DNA of 64,000 nucleotides. Origin: a virus. Below are positions 40,255 through 50,230 of this stretch, piece after piece. The stretch spans positions 64,001 to 128,000 of IMG/VR virus record IMGVR_UViG_3300050166_000025; one strand, written 5' to 3'. The position numbers and the translations under genes were made by a program. Under the pieces are notes generated by a model. The model was not told the origin of the DNA. It did no database searches and saw nothing but the letters and a program-made list of their open reading frames with translations. How positions within the stretch are numbered: the first letter of the stretch is position 1; each line of letters opens with the position of its first letter.

Positions 40255-40577
40255 TAATTAGTTAACATTGCTTCAAGTCTAGCTGCAGCCAATTTATGTT
40301 CTGCGATCTTGACCTGTATTTCTTCATTGGTTGGGGCATAAGCTGTGCCCCAATCCTGAATAATTTTAATCTGTATTTTATCTTTAGGATTCCCTAACTC
40401 TAAGCCTGCATCCATTGCAAGGTCTGTTAAAAACTTAATTTTTGTCTCGATTGCTTCTTTCGATTCAAAATCATAAACAACCGTTGCCTCATAACGCTCT
40501 CCAGCCGCATTGATGTTATCGTCAATGACACTCTTAATTACTCCGTTATCAGCTAGTGCTAGGGTTATAGTTTGCAT
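40254..40577 (-). CDS. hypothetical protein
   Basis: 107 aa, TAATG coupling. Confidence 0.7.
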   Translation of the reverse strand: MQTITLALADNGVIKSVIDDNINAAGERYEATVVYDFESKEAIETKIKFLTDLAMDAGLELGNPKDKIQIKIIQDWGTAYAPTNEEIQVKIAEHKLAAARLEAMLTN

Positions 40578-40583
40578 ATAATG

Positions 40584-40964
40584 CTATTTAGACGCTAAAG
40601 ATTGATTTGCTTCTTTTAATAATTTTTTTGCTAATTTGCGATCCTCTGTTAAAGTCTCTCTGTTCTTGATAGCAGTTAAAGTAAAAGCCTCCTCTAATTT
40701 TGAGATTGCTTCAGTGTTGTAACCAACTTGAGCCCATGTTTCTTTGCATGAATTTAAGATTGTTTGCACTTGATTCTCAACAGAGTCTTGTGTATCTTGA
40801 ACCTGCTTAGCGTGAGATGTTCTACCCTCTTCAGCATTCTTTGCGTACCAGTTGGTTCTAACTTCCCCAAACATTGGGTAGTTGTTCTTAATCTTTAAGA
40901 AGCCCGCTTGCTTGTACATTCCTCTTTTGTTTCTTCTGTTTCCAGATAACTTTTTTCTACTCAT
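40584..40964 (-). CDS. hypothetical basic protein
   Basis: 126 aa, K/R-rich N-terminus. Confidence 0.7.
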   Translation of the reverse strand: MSRKKLSGNRRNKRGMYKQAGFLKIKNNYPMFGEVRTNWYAKNAEEGRTSHAKQVQDTQDSVENQVQTILNSCKETWAQVGYNTEAISKLEEAFTLTAIKNRETLTEDRKLAKKLLKEANQSLASK

Positions 40965-41496
40965 TATAGTATTTGTTTAGGTGTGAATTTACTTCTTCAG
41001 TTATAAAATCTTGTAACTTATCTATTGTTATTTGCGCGACAGCCATTTTCGTAATTGATTCTAAGATCTCATCTCTGCTCTCATCTGAATTTTCAATTAG
41101 CATCTCTACGACTTCTCTTTTAGGAATATTAATACCTAACTTTACATTGATAGATTCCACATTCTTTTGAGAAAGCTTTAAGATTAGTTTTTCAAGTGGA
41201 GTCTCGTTGACTGCTTTAGTCTCTTGGGGTGTGGAAGCAACATGATCAACTGGGATTCTAACAATTGTAGGAGTTTCATTTGCAACCGGAAGAGGCAGTT
41301 CTGCACCCTGAACAGGCATTAAAAATTCTCTATGAATAGATTTGTAGATCTGGGATCCATTTGTGAAATAATAGAATTCAGTATCTTCAGTAGAAACTTC
41401 TACCACGTCACCAAAGTTATCGCCTTTGATCCATTGGAATCTTTTTACCTCGTTAGCTTCATCTTGTGTTGCCATTGTCAATTCTTCTTGTTTCAT
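40957..41496 (-). CDS. hypothetical protein
   Basis: Start moved to ATG 41496 (MKQEE) to avoid overlap with upstream ORF. Confidence 0.65.
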   Translation of the reverse strand: MKQEELTMATQDEANEVKRFQWIKGDNFGDVVEVSTEDTEFYYFTNGSQIYKSIHREFLMPVQGAELPLPVANETPTIVRIPVDHVASTPQETKAVNETPLEKLILKLSQKNVESINVKLGINIPKREVVEMLIENSDESRDEILESITKMAVAQITIDKLQDFITEEVNSHLNKYYNE

Positions 41497-41503
41497 ATTC
41501 TTT

Positions 41504-41713
41504 TTACGCTTTAGGGGATTCATTGACCTGATTTGATTCCAAATTCCCATTGTTATAATTATTTATGAAGTGTTCTATGTAATCTATTGCGTCTGCATTA
41601 CCTCTGAGTGAATCGCTCTTTTTCAGGCTTTCATAAAACCAGGGTCTACCTTTTTCTTTAATCAGCTCTTCAATCTCGTTGACTGATGTGACGTATCTTA
41701 CATTAAATCCCAT
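41504..41713 (-). CDS. hypothetical protein
   Basis: 69 aa in operon. Confidence 0.6.
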   Translation of the reverse strand: MGFNVRYVTSVNEIEELIKEKGRPWFYESLKKSDSLRGNADAIDYIEHFINNYNNGNLESNQVNESPKA

Positions 41714-41724
41714 TTATATCGTAT

Positions 41725-42177
41725 TTAGTCGTTATTCCAAACAATTACTTGATTCACTTCAATGCCAGCTCTTTTTAACAGATCAACGCCAGACATATCT
41801 CTATAGTCTTCACAGTAGAAGACTTCTTTTACGCCGGCCTGAATAATCAATTTAGCGCACTCAAAACATGGCAGCGTTGTAGTGTATAGAATAGAATCTT
41901 TACACGTCATTGTTGACTTTGCAAGTTTCATCAGCGCGTTTGATTCAGCATGTAATACTTCTCGCTTAGTGTGACAACCGCATGAGTCAGAGTGTTCATC
42001 CTTGTCCCATACCTCACACTCATTTTCAAAACCATGTGGTGTTCCATTATAACCGAAAGAAATAATCTGTTCGTCTTTAACAATCACACAGCCTACCTTT
42101 CTGCGTTCGGCATAACTAAGCTTTGCAACCTGGTATGCTATTTGCATGTAAATAATTTGTATAGGAATTCTGGGCAT
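41725..42177 (-). CDS. dCMP deaminase
   Basis: VGCVIV, GYNGTP, HAESNA, PCFECAKLIIQAG. Confidence 0.92.
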   Translation of the reverse strand: MPRIPIQIIYMQIAYQVAKLSYAERRKVGCVIVKDEQIISFGYNGTPHGFENECEVWDKDEHSDSCGCHTKREVLHAESNALMKLAKSTMTCKDSILYTTTLPCFECAKLIIQAGVKEVFYCEDYRDMSGVDLLKRAGIEVNQVIVWNND

Positions 42178-42224
42178 ATAACTTAATTTAGTTATTTATA
42201 CAGATTATTATGGGATAGTTTCTA

Positions 42225-42253
42225 AAATAAAAAAGGGACCCATTGGGTCCCTT
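42225..42253 (-). terminator. intrinsic terminator
   Basis: AAGGGACCC-AAT-GGGTCCCTT followed by T-tract on minus strand. Confidence 0.85.
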
Positions 42254-42276
42254 AGTGTATTAAGTGGTTAAATTTA

Positions 42277-42747
42277 TTAAGCCTTAGCTGAAGGTTCTAG
42301 ATCTTCAGGAGCTTGTGGAGCCATGTTAGAATCCTTTGCTTCATCTATTTTCTTACAGAATGATTCTTTCATCGAGTTGCAAGCAGCTTCATACGCTTCT
42401 AACGCATACTCTTCTTTCATTTCTTTTAGAGTGTTAGCGCAATAGTTACCCATTAAAGAGGCAGCTTCGCACATATAAGATTCGATTGTATGCTCATCGT
42501 GCGCATCCTCTTCCCAAACCTTAGCCTCAGCCATCATCATCTCACAACATTCTTTTAATAGGTCAGATGCTGACTTCTTCTCTTCTTCTTTCGGCTCTTC
42601 TTTGATAGAGTCTGTTGGATTTTCAGCAGCCTCTTCTTTTTCCTCTTCGGGTTTAACTTCAGATTGTTGTTGAACCTTTGGTTCGTCTTCGTTTAATGCT
42701 GCCGCATTTTCTAAAACAAATTCGTTAAATGATTTTAATGTCTTCAT
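42277..42747 (-). CDS. acidic putative internal head/core protein
   Basis: MKTLKSFNEFVLE start; very Glu-rich. Confidence 0.6.
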   Translation of the reverse strand: MKTLKSFNEFVLENAAALNEDEPKVQQQSEVKPEEEKEEAAENPTDSIKEEPKEEEKKSASDLLKECCEMMMAEAKVWEEDAHDEHTIESYMCEAASLMGNYCANTLKEMKEEYALEAYEAACNSMKESFCKKIDEAKDSNMAPQAPEDLEPSAKA

Positions 42748-42751
42748 CGTA

Positions 42752-43300
42752 TTAAAACTTTCCTGCTAATTTATCGTCAATTTTAAATGCTACATAATCA
42801 ACAGCTTCTTCATACTCAAAACCATCATCTGTTAGGTCAGCAATAACGCCAGAAATACCATCTAACATTTTCTTAAGATTTGACTGTGAAACAACACCTT
42901 CCATTCTTTTGATGGTTGCTTTATCCATTCCTTCGCTTACTTCTACAGCTTCTTCTCCTTCAACAACAACCTTAGCGATAACTTCTCCGTTAGCTGTTTT
43001 AGCTAAGTCTGCTTCTAATTCTTTAGAACCATCTTCAGCTCTGTCTTCGGCTTTAGCATATTTTTTTCCATCAGCATCAACTACCGGAGGAGTAACGTCC
43101 TTTGAATCATCTTTTAATTCATCAGCTTGAATGCCTGTTACGTCAGCAGCTTCATTAGTTTCTTGACCCTGAGATTGAACTACATCTGCTTCTTCAGCAT
43201 CATGTTCTTCTGGAGTTCCTTGATCTACAATGTCTTTTTCAATTTCTTCAGCTCTATCCATTTCTGTTACGAACTGCTCAAATGATTTTAAATTTGCCAT
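42752..43300 (-). CDS. acidic putative internal head/core protein
   Basis: MANLKSFEQFVTE start; D/E-rich; GATATATA upstream. Confidence 0.6.
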   Translation of the reverse strand: MANLKSFEQFVTEMDRAEEIEKDIVDQGTPEEHDAEEADVVQSQGQETNEAADVTGIQADELKDDSKDVTPPVVDADGKKYAKAEDRAEDGSKELEADLAKTANGEVIAKVVVEGEEAVEVSEGMDKATIKRMEGVVSQSNLKKMLDGISGVIADLTDDGFEYEEAVDYVAFKIDDKLAGKF

Positions 43301-43344
43301 AATTATTTATTATTTTAATATGTTAGTAATTCTATATATCTAAT

Positions 43345-43743
43345 TTATTTGGATTTAGATTTTAAAATAAAAGATTCAAACGTCATTACAAATCTCTCGT
43401 TAGTCTCTTCTTTTTTAATCTGGTCCATAGTTTTCATAGCCCAATCAACTCCTTCATCTCCACCCCAAATTAACCAGGCCACATAGCCTCTGTCTTTCCA
43501 TGGAGTGTCTTTAAATTTAGGATCGATTGTTGAATTTTTTCTGTGTCTGTTAAATTGCGCCATTCTTGACACAACATCATAGGATAAGGCTTCTCCCTTT
43601 GCAAGTTGATTTGCTCGTTGCCAGCCTACTGGTGTTCCTGCGTCTACCTCTTCTCTGCCATATTTGTCTCTCCATTCAAGAGCCTTCTTAGCATTTTCGG
43701 TTGCCGCTTTAGGATAATCTGAAAATTTATCTGATTTATTCAT
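43345..43743 (-). CDS. conserved phage hypothetical protein
   Basis: DYPKAATENAKKAL...GTPVGWQRANQLA...VAWLIWGG; C-terminal TFESF. Confidence 0.65.
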   Translation of the reverse strand: MNKSDKFSDYPKAATENAKKALEWRDKYGREEVDAGTPVGWQRANQLAKGEALSYDVVSRMAQFNRHRKNSTIDPKFKDTPWKDRGYVAWLIWGGDEGVDWAMKTMDQIKKEETNERFVMTFESFILKSKSK

Positions 43744-43746
43744 AGC

Positions 43747-44481
43747 TTATATATTCAATAAAAAATCGATAGCGTTTGATAGCAGACCTCTCTCCTCAGT
43801 CGTCTTTTCAATGTGAGGACTCATCGCAATGATATTACCTTTGCCGTACGATGAAAAAACACCGGCTATCTTGCCAATAGAATAATTTTCGCCTGGTAAT
43901 TGCATAGGAACACCCTCTTTAAATTTTAATATGACGTTTATATTCTTATCTAATGATTCTCCTATTGGACCGCCATGATAATCTAATGTAACGCTATTCC
44001 TTGAAGTAGAAAAAATATCTTTTCCCGTCGGCGTTATTTCAAATTCTACTAAAACTTTGTCATCAGTCACTCTGTGCATTGGCATATATGCAGGTTCTGG
44101 CAGATTTGCGTTAGAACTTTTAACGTTAATCATTTTTAAGGACCAGTCATGTCCATAAGATATTAAGTGAAAGCCTGCGCAAACTGCTAATAGTTTGCCA
44201 CCAGATTTAACCCATTCCTTTAACTCTATCGTGCTCTGTTCTTTCATACCGAGTCTTTCCTGAAATGAATCTCCGCCCGGGATAATTAATAGGTCAAGTT
44301 TCTCAAAGTTTTTAAGTTCAAAAGAATCTGAATCTAATTTTACAGGTTCAACCCCTAAATATGTTTCAAAGAAATCATCCCACGCCGAAATAGTAGAGTC
44401 TACTACACCGTTATCATGGTATAAGCCTATTTTCAATTTTGAGTTGGCATTGAATTCCTCGAAAAGTTTAATCTTTTTCAT
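43747..44481 (-). CDS. class I glutamine amidotransferase-like (BPL_N-type) protein
   Basis: LLIIPGG, nucleophile elbow AVCAG, SPHIE; starts MKKIKLFEEF. Confidence 0.75.
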   Translation of the reverse strand: MKKIKLFEEFNANSKLKIGLYHDNGVVDSTISAWDDFFETYLGVEPVKLDSDSFELKNFEKLDLLIIPGGDSFQERLGMKEQSTIELKEWVKSGGKLLAVCAGFHLISYGHDWSLKMINVKSSNANLPEPAYMPMHRVTDDKVLVEFEITPTGKDIFSTSRNSVTLDYHGGPIGESLDKNINVILKFKEGVPMQLPGENYSIGKIAGVFSSYGKGNIIAMSPHIEKTTEERGLLSNAIDFLLNI

Positions 44482-44495
44482 TACTTTATATATTG

Positions 44496-44528
44496 AAAAA
44501 AGAAAAGGACCTTAAAAAGGTCCTCTCT
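44496..44528 (-). terminator. intrinsic terminator
   Basis: AGGACCTT..AAGGTCCT stem followed by T-rich tract on minus strand. Confidence 0.75.
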
Positions 44529-44553
44529 ATATCAATCAAACAAACAATTATCT

Positions 44554-44790
44554 TTATGATTTTTTAGTTTCTTCGACAACCGGCTTAACGGTTGAGAATA
44601 AGTTATCAACTAAACTGATCAATGAATTTGCTTCTTCTACTTTACGAAGCTGTTCATCTAGAATATCGATAATACCGGGATGTTCTCCGACACCAACCGC
44701 GTTATTCATATAAACATCAATAGTAGCTAGAGCTTCTAGTTTTTGTGCTTCGTATCTGGCTCTAAGAGCATTGATTTTAAGTTGTGACAT
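44554..44790 (-). CDS. conserved small phage protein
   Basis: 78 aa, NAVGVGEHPGI helical hairpin. Confidence 0.7.
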   Translation of the reverse strand: MSQLKINALRARYEAQKLEALATIDVYMNNAVGVGEHPGIIDILDEQLRKVEEANSLISLVDNLFSTVKPVVEETKKS

Positions 44791-44831
44791 ATCTTTTATT
44801 TTTATATAAATTAAATTAAAAATTGTTTCAA

Positions 44832-46244
44832 TTACATTTGAGATATTAGATCATCAATCTGTTTTAACTTGTCTAATAGTTCAGCTTTAGTTGTGCCGCC
44901 GCGCTCTTCAATGTACCACTTTGTAGTTAGTAGTGCCTCTAGAGAATATTTTTTGTCTGTGCCAACAACTGTCATTGTCGTTGGAGAATTCTTCAACTTG
45001 TTTAGGACAAATGTTAAGGCAAAGTCTACGCTCTTCTCATACATTCCTGAGTTGGCTTTAACGAATCTTGCAATAGATCTAATATCGTCGTAGATAGCTA
45101 GGCTATTATCAGGTCGGTTAACCATTGATTTCAGGATGACAGCTGCCGCTAAATTATTGTAGCCCTTATCGGTTAAAGCGGTTCCAATATACTGGGACTC
45201 AAAGGTTACCGTCTTGCCATAATTACCAATCCATCCCATATATAACCAGGTTGCTTTAATTTCATCTCTGTTTGGCAAGACTGTTGCTAGGGTTCCATTG
45301 TCTAGGCTTCTTCTTGCCGTATTACCTGCTAACCAGATTGGATCCATTACGCTTTCATATCGAGTATCCGATGGTTTTCCGTCTACTATCATATCGAAAG
45401 GGCCATATTTTCCACCTCGGTATCTAATTACATGTTGCATATAAGCACTGGACATCCATCTCATTGTGTTATATGACTCTTCAAAGTCATTTCCTCCATG
45501 CTCACCTGGATGTTTATCTGCTTCAGTGAGGGTATTAAAGACTATTCTCTTAAATCTTACAAAGTTAGCGTCTGTCGGGCTATCAAGATACATCTTATAA
45601 GCATTCTTGAATGACTCATCACCTTTTTTCATTAATTGAATTGGTCTGTCTGGCATCCAGTCTGTATTGTCTTCAATAGTAAACCAACCCGGAAGCTTCA
45701 TCGGCACTTTAATTTTCTTAAAGTCCCATGAATTGATCTGCTCTACGGTGTAAGCCGGATTCGTTAAACCAAGCTCAATAGCTAAAGCACTTTCAGTTGT
45801 GGTCTCAAAACCCGGTTGAAAGACATTTTGAGTTGAATTTCTAGGAGCGATAGCATCGGTTTTAGTTAAGCTCTTAATATAATTCATTACATCGGTAGAT
45901 TCCTTGACAGGAACGTGGTTTAGAGCTCGTTGAAAAACACGATTCATTGCCGGAATAGTATCGGAGTTATTAAACAATGCAATATCGAAACCGTCTCGCG
46001 AAATGTGGCAATTCATACATGCGTTACCGTTTGCATCCAAAGAATTAGCATACACCTGTTTTCCATCAATGATAGACTTCTCTAAATTGACAGATAAAAC
46101 TCGAGAATCTAATTGATCAGCCGGATTAGTGTTGTTAGTTTTCACTAGTTCCGGTTTAAAATCAACTACCGGTACGATTTCTTCCGGTTTTGAACACGCG
46201 GTTAAAATCGAGAGAGATGTTGCGAAGATTAATAATTTTTTCAT
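44832..46244 (-). CDS. lipoprotein with CxxCH haem-c motif
   Basis: Signal peptide with lipobox ILTAC; CMNCH motif. Confidence 0.65.
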   Translation of the reverse strand: MKKLLIFATSLSILTACSKPEEIVPVVDFKPELVKTNNTNPADQLDSRVLSVNLEKSIIDGKQVYANSLDANGNACMNCHISRDGFDIALFNNSDTIPAMNRVFQRALNHVPVKESTDVMNYIKSLTKTDAIAPRNSTQNVFQPGFETTTESALAIELGLTNPAYTVEQINSWDFKKIKVPMKLPGWFTIEDNTDWMPDRPIQLMKKGDESFKNAYKMYLDSPTDANFVRFKRIVFNTLTEADKHPGEHGGNDFEESYNTMRWMSSAYMQHVIRYRGGKYGPFDMIVDGKPSDTRYESVMDPIWLAGNTARRSLDNGTLATVLPNRDEIKATWLYMGWIGNYGKTVTFESQYIGTALTDKGYNNLAAAVILKSMVNRPDNSLAIYDDIRSIARFVKANSGMYEKSVDFALTFVLNKLKNSPTTMTVVGTDKKYSLEALLTTKWYIEERGGTTKAELLDKLKQIDDLISQM

Positions 46245-46264
46245 TGTTTGTTATTTTTATTGAT

Positions 46265-46289
46265 AGGTAAATATAACAATAATTTCCGA
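46265..46289 (-). promoter_or_regulatory. putative early (host RNAP) promoter TCRG-N10-TAKATTTACCT
   Basis: Five copies with identical spacing (46265, 47692, 48333, 53311, 54839), each just upstream of a gene; resembles Bacteroidota -7 TAnnTTTG. Confidence 0.7.
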
Positions 46290-46316
46290 AATAAAAAAAT
46301 ATTTTAAAGATTATTT

Positions 46317-47246
46317 TCAAACAAAACCATAATCTTTTGTATATTTAATTAGAGATCTCTCCTTAGCTTTAGCCTCCAGTTCAATGTCTAGATCTAGGCC
46401 GTAGGTGTTAATCTCTTCATATATATAGTCTGCATGTGCTCTAATAATTGAAGTTGCATCCTCGTGTAGTTTCTTAGAAGAGGAGTAGTGTGTTAGCTGA
46501 TTAACGTTTTCAGGCCATGTTTTAGCCGCAAGCTTAATGGCCTGCTCCTCACTTAAGTCTCCTGGATTGCATGAATGATGAAGATAGTCAAAGGTGATTG
46601 GTAATCTGGCACCGCCTAAGTGCATTCCGTCATACAAGTCCTGTACTGTATACTGAGCCGGCTTGTCATCATTCTCAATCACTAGTCTATTAGCTGCATT
46701 TTCTGGAAGTCGCTTGAAGTTTTCACAGAAGCGTTGTAAGGTAGTTACCTTATCGCCGTATGTGCCACCTATGTGAATATTAATCGCCGCATAAGGAGTG
46801 CGTGGTTGCCCTAAAAGATCCATGATTTCACCATGCTGTCGCAAGTCTTTAATTGCTTTTACGACAATCAGTTCCGATGGAGAGGCTAGAACATTATATG
46901 GACCTGGATGAAAGGTTAAGCGCTGCCCATACTCCTTGGCTAATTGACCCACCTTCTTGGCCTGAGCCTTAATCAGTTCGTAACCTGGCAAGTCTACTAT
47001 TTCATACTCTGACATCCATGGAAACATATCACTTGACATTCGGTACAGCGTAATGCCTCTGCGATGGTTCCATTCCAGGATTTGCTCCATATCGGTTAGG
47101 TTTTTAAGCGCTAGTTCCGACGCGTATGCAATACCTTTCAACAAGAAAGTCTTTTTAACCATTGACCGGTTACACGTTATTTTCTGGGTTTCCTGTAGAT
47201 CTAGGTTGATGCAGCAATAGCCTAGGGTTGAGCCTTTTCTTTTCAT
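46317..47246 (-). CDS. uvsE: UV damage endonuclease UvsE
   Basis: LGYCCIN, YRMSSD, RLTFHPG, IHIGG, LVIENDD, FDYLHH, AHADY, ELEAKAKE; ATG 47246 preferred. Confidence 0.92.
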   Translation of the reverse strand: MKRKGSTLGYCCINLDLQETQKITCNRSMVKKTFLLKGIAYASELALKNLTDMEQILEWNHRRGITLYRMSSDMFPWMSEYEIVDLPGYELIKAQAKKVGQLAKEYGQRLTFHPGPYNVLASPSELIVVKAIKDLRQHGEIMDLLGQPRTPYAAINIHIGGTYGDKVTTLQRFCENFKRLPENAANRLVIENDDKPAQYTVQDLYDGMHLGGARLPITFDYLHHSCNPGDLSEEQAIKLAAKTWPENVNQLTHYSSSKKLHEDATSIIRAHADYIYEEINTYGLDLDIELEAKAKERSLIKYTKDYGFV

Positions 47247-47247
47247 A

Positions 47248-47670
47248 TTAATATTCTTTTTCAAATGTGTACCAGTGGTCAGCACTAGCGCACTCACGCA
47301 TAGCATCTGAGATTAAGCCGTTTAAATCTGTGCCAGATAGAGTGCTCATGAAATGGTCACCTAGAGCAATTGCATCTTTCGTCGCAGTATTATCTTCATT
47401 GTATGGCTCGATGCCAGCTTCACGTAGTGCTTGATTGACCGCACCTGAGACAGCTGATAATAAACGAGCAGCTACATCTTCGTTGTTTTGAAAGCGGCGG
47501 CCTTCATAGTAATCATCCTGTGGCCAGGTCTTCACTAATTCATTATATGAATAGCGTAATCTAAATACTGAAACTGCGTTCTCGATGAATGCTATGTGTT
47601 TACGAACTGAACCGTAATAGGAGATACCGTTGGCTTTGATAGACTTAGGATCGATTGTTAATATTGTCAT
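47248..47670 (-). CDS. hypothetical early protein
   Basis: 140 aa directly behind early promoter copy. Confidence 0.7.
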   Translation of the reverse strand: MTILTIDPKSIKANGISYYGSVRKHIAFIENAVSVFRLRYSYNELVKTWPQDDYYEGRRFQNNEDVAARLLSAVSGAVNQALREAGIEPYNEDNTATKDAIALGDHFMSTLSGTDLNGLISDAMRECASADHWYTFEKEY

Positions 47671-47743
47671 ATTTGTTTGATTATTTAAGATAGGTAAATC
47701 TAACTATTTTTTCTGAATAAAAAAAATTATTTACTGATTATTT

Positions 47744-48319
47744 TTAAAATCTTTTCCAGTGCTTAAAGGCCAGCTGGATCTCTTCGTCGACTGGGCCTTT
47801 GTGTGATGTAGTTGGTTTTGGGTTGTAATTGATCCGGGTTTGCACGGGTTCTGGTTTAGGCTGCAGGATAACTTTAATCATTCTAATGATTTTATCTGCG
47901 TGTAAACGAGTGATGGTGCCGGCTTCCACTTTTGCGTTTAACCAACGTTCTGCTCTTGCCTGGCCTAAGCTTTCCCATAAATCTGTAGCACGCTTGCCTA
48001 TCTCCTCGATCTGTTCTGGAGTCACATATAACGAGTGAGTTGAAACGCTAGCGGTCAGCTTTACCTTTTCAGTAGAAGACTTGCCCATTCTTAAGCCTCG
48101 TAGTGTGCCAAAACCAGCACGACTTGATAGCTTATGAAACTCAGCCGCTACTTCAGGGTCTTTCACCACCTCAATAGTGTTACCGGTCTTATGGTTGATG
48201 ATAGGCACTGAGCTCCATCTTGATTCGGAGGTGCAGCTAACACAGTGCTCGGTGTTAGGAATAATCAGGAGGCGGGCTTCAGAGATAGATTGGCCACATG
48301 ATTTACAAGGTTTACTCAT
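47744..48319 (-). CDS. TraR/DksA C4 zinc-finger protein
   Basis: CKSCGQSISEARLLIIPNTEHCVSC; true start ATG 48319. Confidence 0.7.
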   Translation of the reverse strand: MSKPCKSCGQSISEARLLIIPNTEHCVSCTSESRWSSVPIINHKTGNTIEVVKDPEVAAEFHKLSSRAGFGTLRGLRMGKSSTEKVKLTASVSTHSLYVTPEQIEEIGKRATDLWESLGQARAERWLNAKVEAGTITRLHADKIIRMIKVILQPKPEPVQTRINYNPKPTTSHKGPVDEEIQLAFKHWKRF

Positions 48320-48332
48320 ATTCTTTTGATAT

Positions 48333-48400
48333 AGGTAAATATAAACAAAAAACCCGAGACTAAAAAATCTCGGGTCATTTATTTTCAAAAAAAGTTTAAT
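48333..48400 (-). repeat. duplicated terminator-plus-early-promoter cassette, copy 1
   Basis: Near-identical to 54839-54905; hairpin ACCCGAGA..TCTCGGGT plus T-tract, then TATATTTACCT. Confidence 0.9.
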
Positions 48401-48742
48401 TTATTTCCAGAACAGCTGAACACATAAGAGTGTTACAGACAACCCTAATGAAATCAAGGTTTTGGTGTTTATTCCCTCATCCATCATAAACCAGGTTAAC
48501 AGGGCAAACACCACCATTCCTGCAGCAAAACCAATGAACCTTCCTGGCCATAAGGCTCCATAATAAGAGGCCAATTCCTTTGTGCCCAAGATAAAGGTAT
48601 AGGACACAATACTACCTCCGATCAATGCTACCCACCCTGGATTTCTATTAAATACCGGCCAGATGAATTGACCGTTGGTTTGAAACCAGACCAGTGACTG
48701 CCCAGCTGCGAGCAATAAGATGCCGTTAATTAGATTTTTCAA
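48401..48742 (-). CDS. small multi-pass membrane protein (DMT/SMR-like)
   Basis: 113 aa, about four hydrophobic helices. Confidence 0.6.
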   Translation of the reverse strand: MKNLINGILLLAAGQSLVWFQTNGQFIWPVFNRNPGWVALIGGSIVSYTFILGTKELASYYGALWPGRFIGFAAGMVVFALLTWFMMDEGINTKTLISLGLSVTLLCVQLFWK

Positions 48743-49371
48743 AATAGTTCTGCTGTTTTTGTCACAATATGAGAGATGAAACTCATTCTGTGTTGTTCAC
48801 ATGGTCCATGCTCTTGAATGGCCTTGATGTGTTGCGCGGTACCATAGCCCTTATTTGAAGGCCAGCCATACTTTTTACCAGCTTCATACTCTCTCATCCA
48901 TTGGTCACGCTTTACCTTTGCAATAATCGAAGCCGCTGCAATCGAAGTATATTTGTTATCGCCGCCGACCACAGTCGTAAAGTTCTTGCCATTGTAGCCA
49001 TGAAACTGGTCTCCATCTACCAGGATAAAATCAAAGTCCGTTTGCTCTTCAACACCGCTTAGTGACAGCATCATACCATGTAAAGTGGCCTTCAAGATGT
49101 TCTGCTCCTCAATAATCTGGGGCTCTACGTGAACACAATACCAAGCAATAGCGTTCTCCATCACAATCTTATAGGCCTCTTCTTTCTGTTTCTCAGACAG
49201 GATTTTAGAGTCCTTAACTAACGGGTGTTGAAAGTCTGCCGGCATAATACAGGCTGCAACCGTAACCGGACCAGCCAATGCTCCTCGGCCTGCCTCATCA
49301 ACGCCAACCTCAATGATTGAAGTGTCCTGATTGTAATGTGATTTTAATAATACGTGTCTCGCTTGGTCCAT
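48739..49371 (-). CDS. rnhB: ribonuclease HII
   Basis: GVDEAGRGALAGPV, DSK, LVDG, SIAAASIIAKV, NKGYGT, HRMSF. Confidence 0.95.
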   Translation of the reverse strand: MDQARHVLLKSHYNQDTSIIEVGVDEAGRGALAGPVTVAACIMPADFQHPLVKDSKILSEKQKEEAYKIVMENAIAWYCVHVEPQIIEEQNILKATLHGMMLSLSGVEEQTDFDFILVDGDQFHGYNGKNFTTVVGGDNKYTSIAAASIIAKVKRDQWMREYEAGKKYGWPSNKGYGTAQHIKAIQEHGPCEQHRMSFISHIVTKTAELF

Positions 49372-49414
49372 TCTCTGTATAGTTTAGAGATTATACAGAG
49401 AATGGCTTAAAAGT

Positions 49415-50230
49415 TTACAGATTGTGCTTGTCTTTCCATTTACAATTATTGAAATGAGATTGCTTCATTGCGGAAACGCCTCCTATTTTTCCACAATGAG
49501 GGCATTCAATCTTTTCTTGTGGTTTACGTAATTTAATTTTAGTAGACTCAGGAAGAGGTCTTCCTTTTTTCCAAGCATGCATCTTGTCCTTTTGCTCTTG
49601 AGTCATATTTTTCTTAGCCTCTGACATCTTACGCTTAGATTCATCGGAATATACTTCACTTTTACCTTTATTCCATGGAGTTTGCCCCTTATGTGATTCT
49701 GAATTTTTTGCTCTAGATTCAGCCGTGTGCTTTACACCTAAACATCTCTTATTACCTAGCATTTGAAGTCTACATCTTTCTCTGAATTCAGCGTCGTGCT
49801 TTATTCCGGTATTAGCTTTAGATATCTTCAATCTAGTTTCTTCACTGCATTTTCTACCAGTTCTTGATTCTGACATTTTTTTACGCGTTTCTTCGGATAG
49901 TGTAGTTCCTGTAATATCGAATTTGTTTGACGATGCTTTACTTCTATTGTAGAACGCTGGATTTTTACCGACATCAAATTTATGGTGCAGCTTAATTTCA
50001 AAATCAATAGCTTCCTTTTTAGAATCAAACAGTGAAACTACCTTATAAGAATAATTAGTTGGATTTTGCTTTTGATCTAATATAAAATCTTTGTCCATAC
50101 TAGAAGAAAAATAGTGAATTCCTATGTCTTCTGAAGGAATTCTATTACATGACCTGGATCCGTAATAGAATTTACGTAATAACGTGTTAGTTATGCGGTA
50201 TACGTAGTGGTATCGATATTCGTTTTTCAT
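49415..50230 (-). mobile_element. free-standing GIY-YIG-type homing endonuclease with NUMOD3 repeats
   Basis: YVYRITN...FYYGSR, YFSSS, FYN; repeated SEETRxKxS; PWNKG; C-terminal CPHCGK. Confidence 0.8.

Noticed and set aside
48320-48388. Shared N-terminus MKINDPRFFSLGFF in ORFs 47744-48388 and 54571-54894
   Set aside because: Translation of the duplicated terminator/promoter DNA, not a shared protein domain; true starts are 48319 and 54822
49415-50230. Endonuclease as part of a group I intron
   Set aside because: Flanking phoH and rnhB are both complete, so it is free-standing
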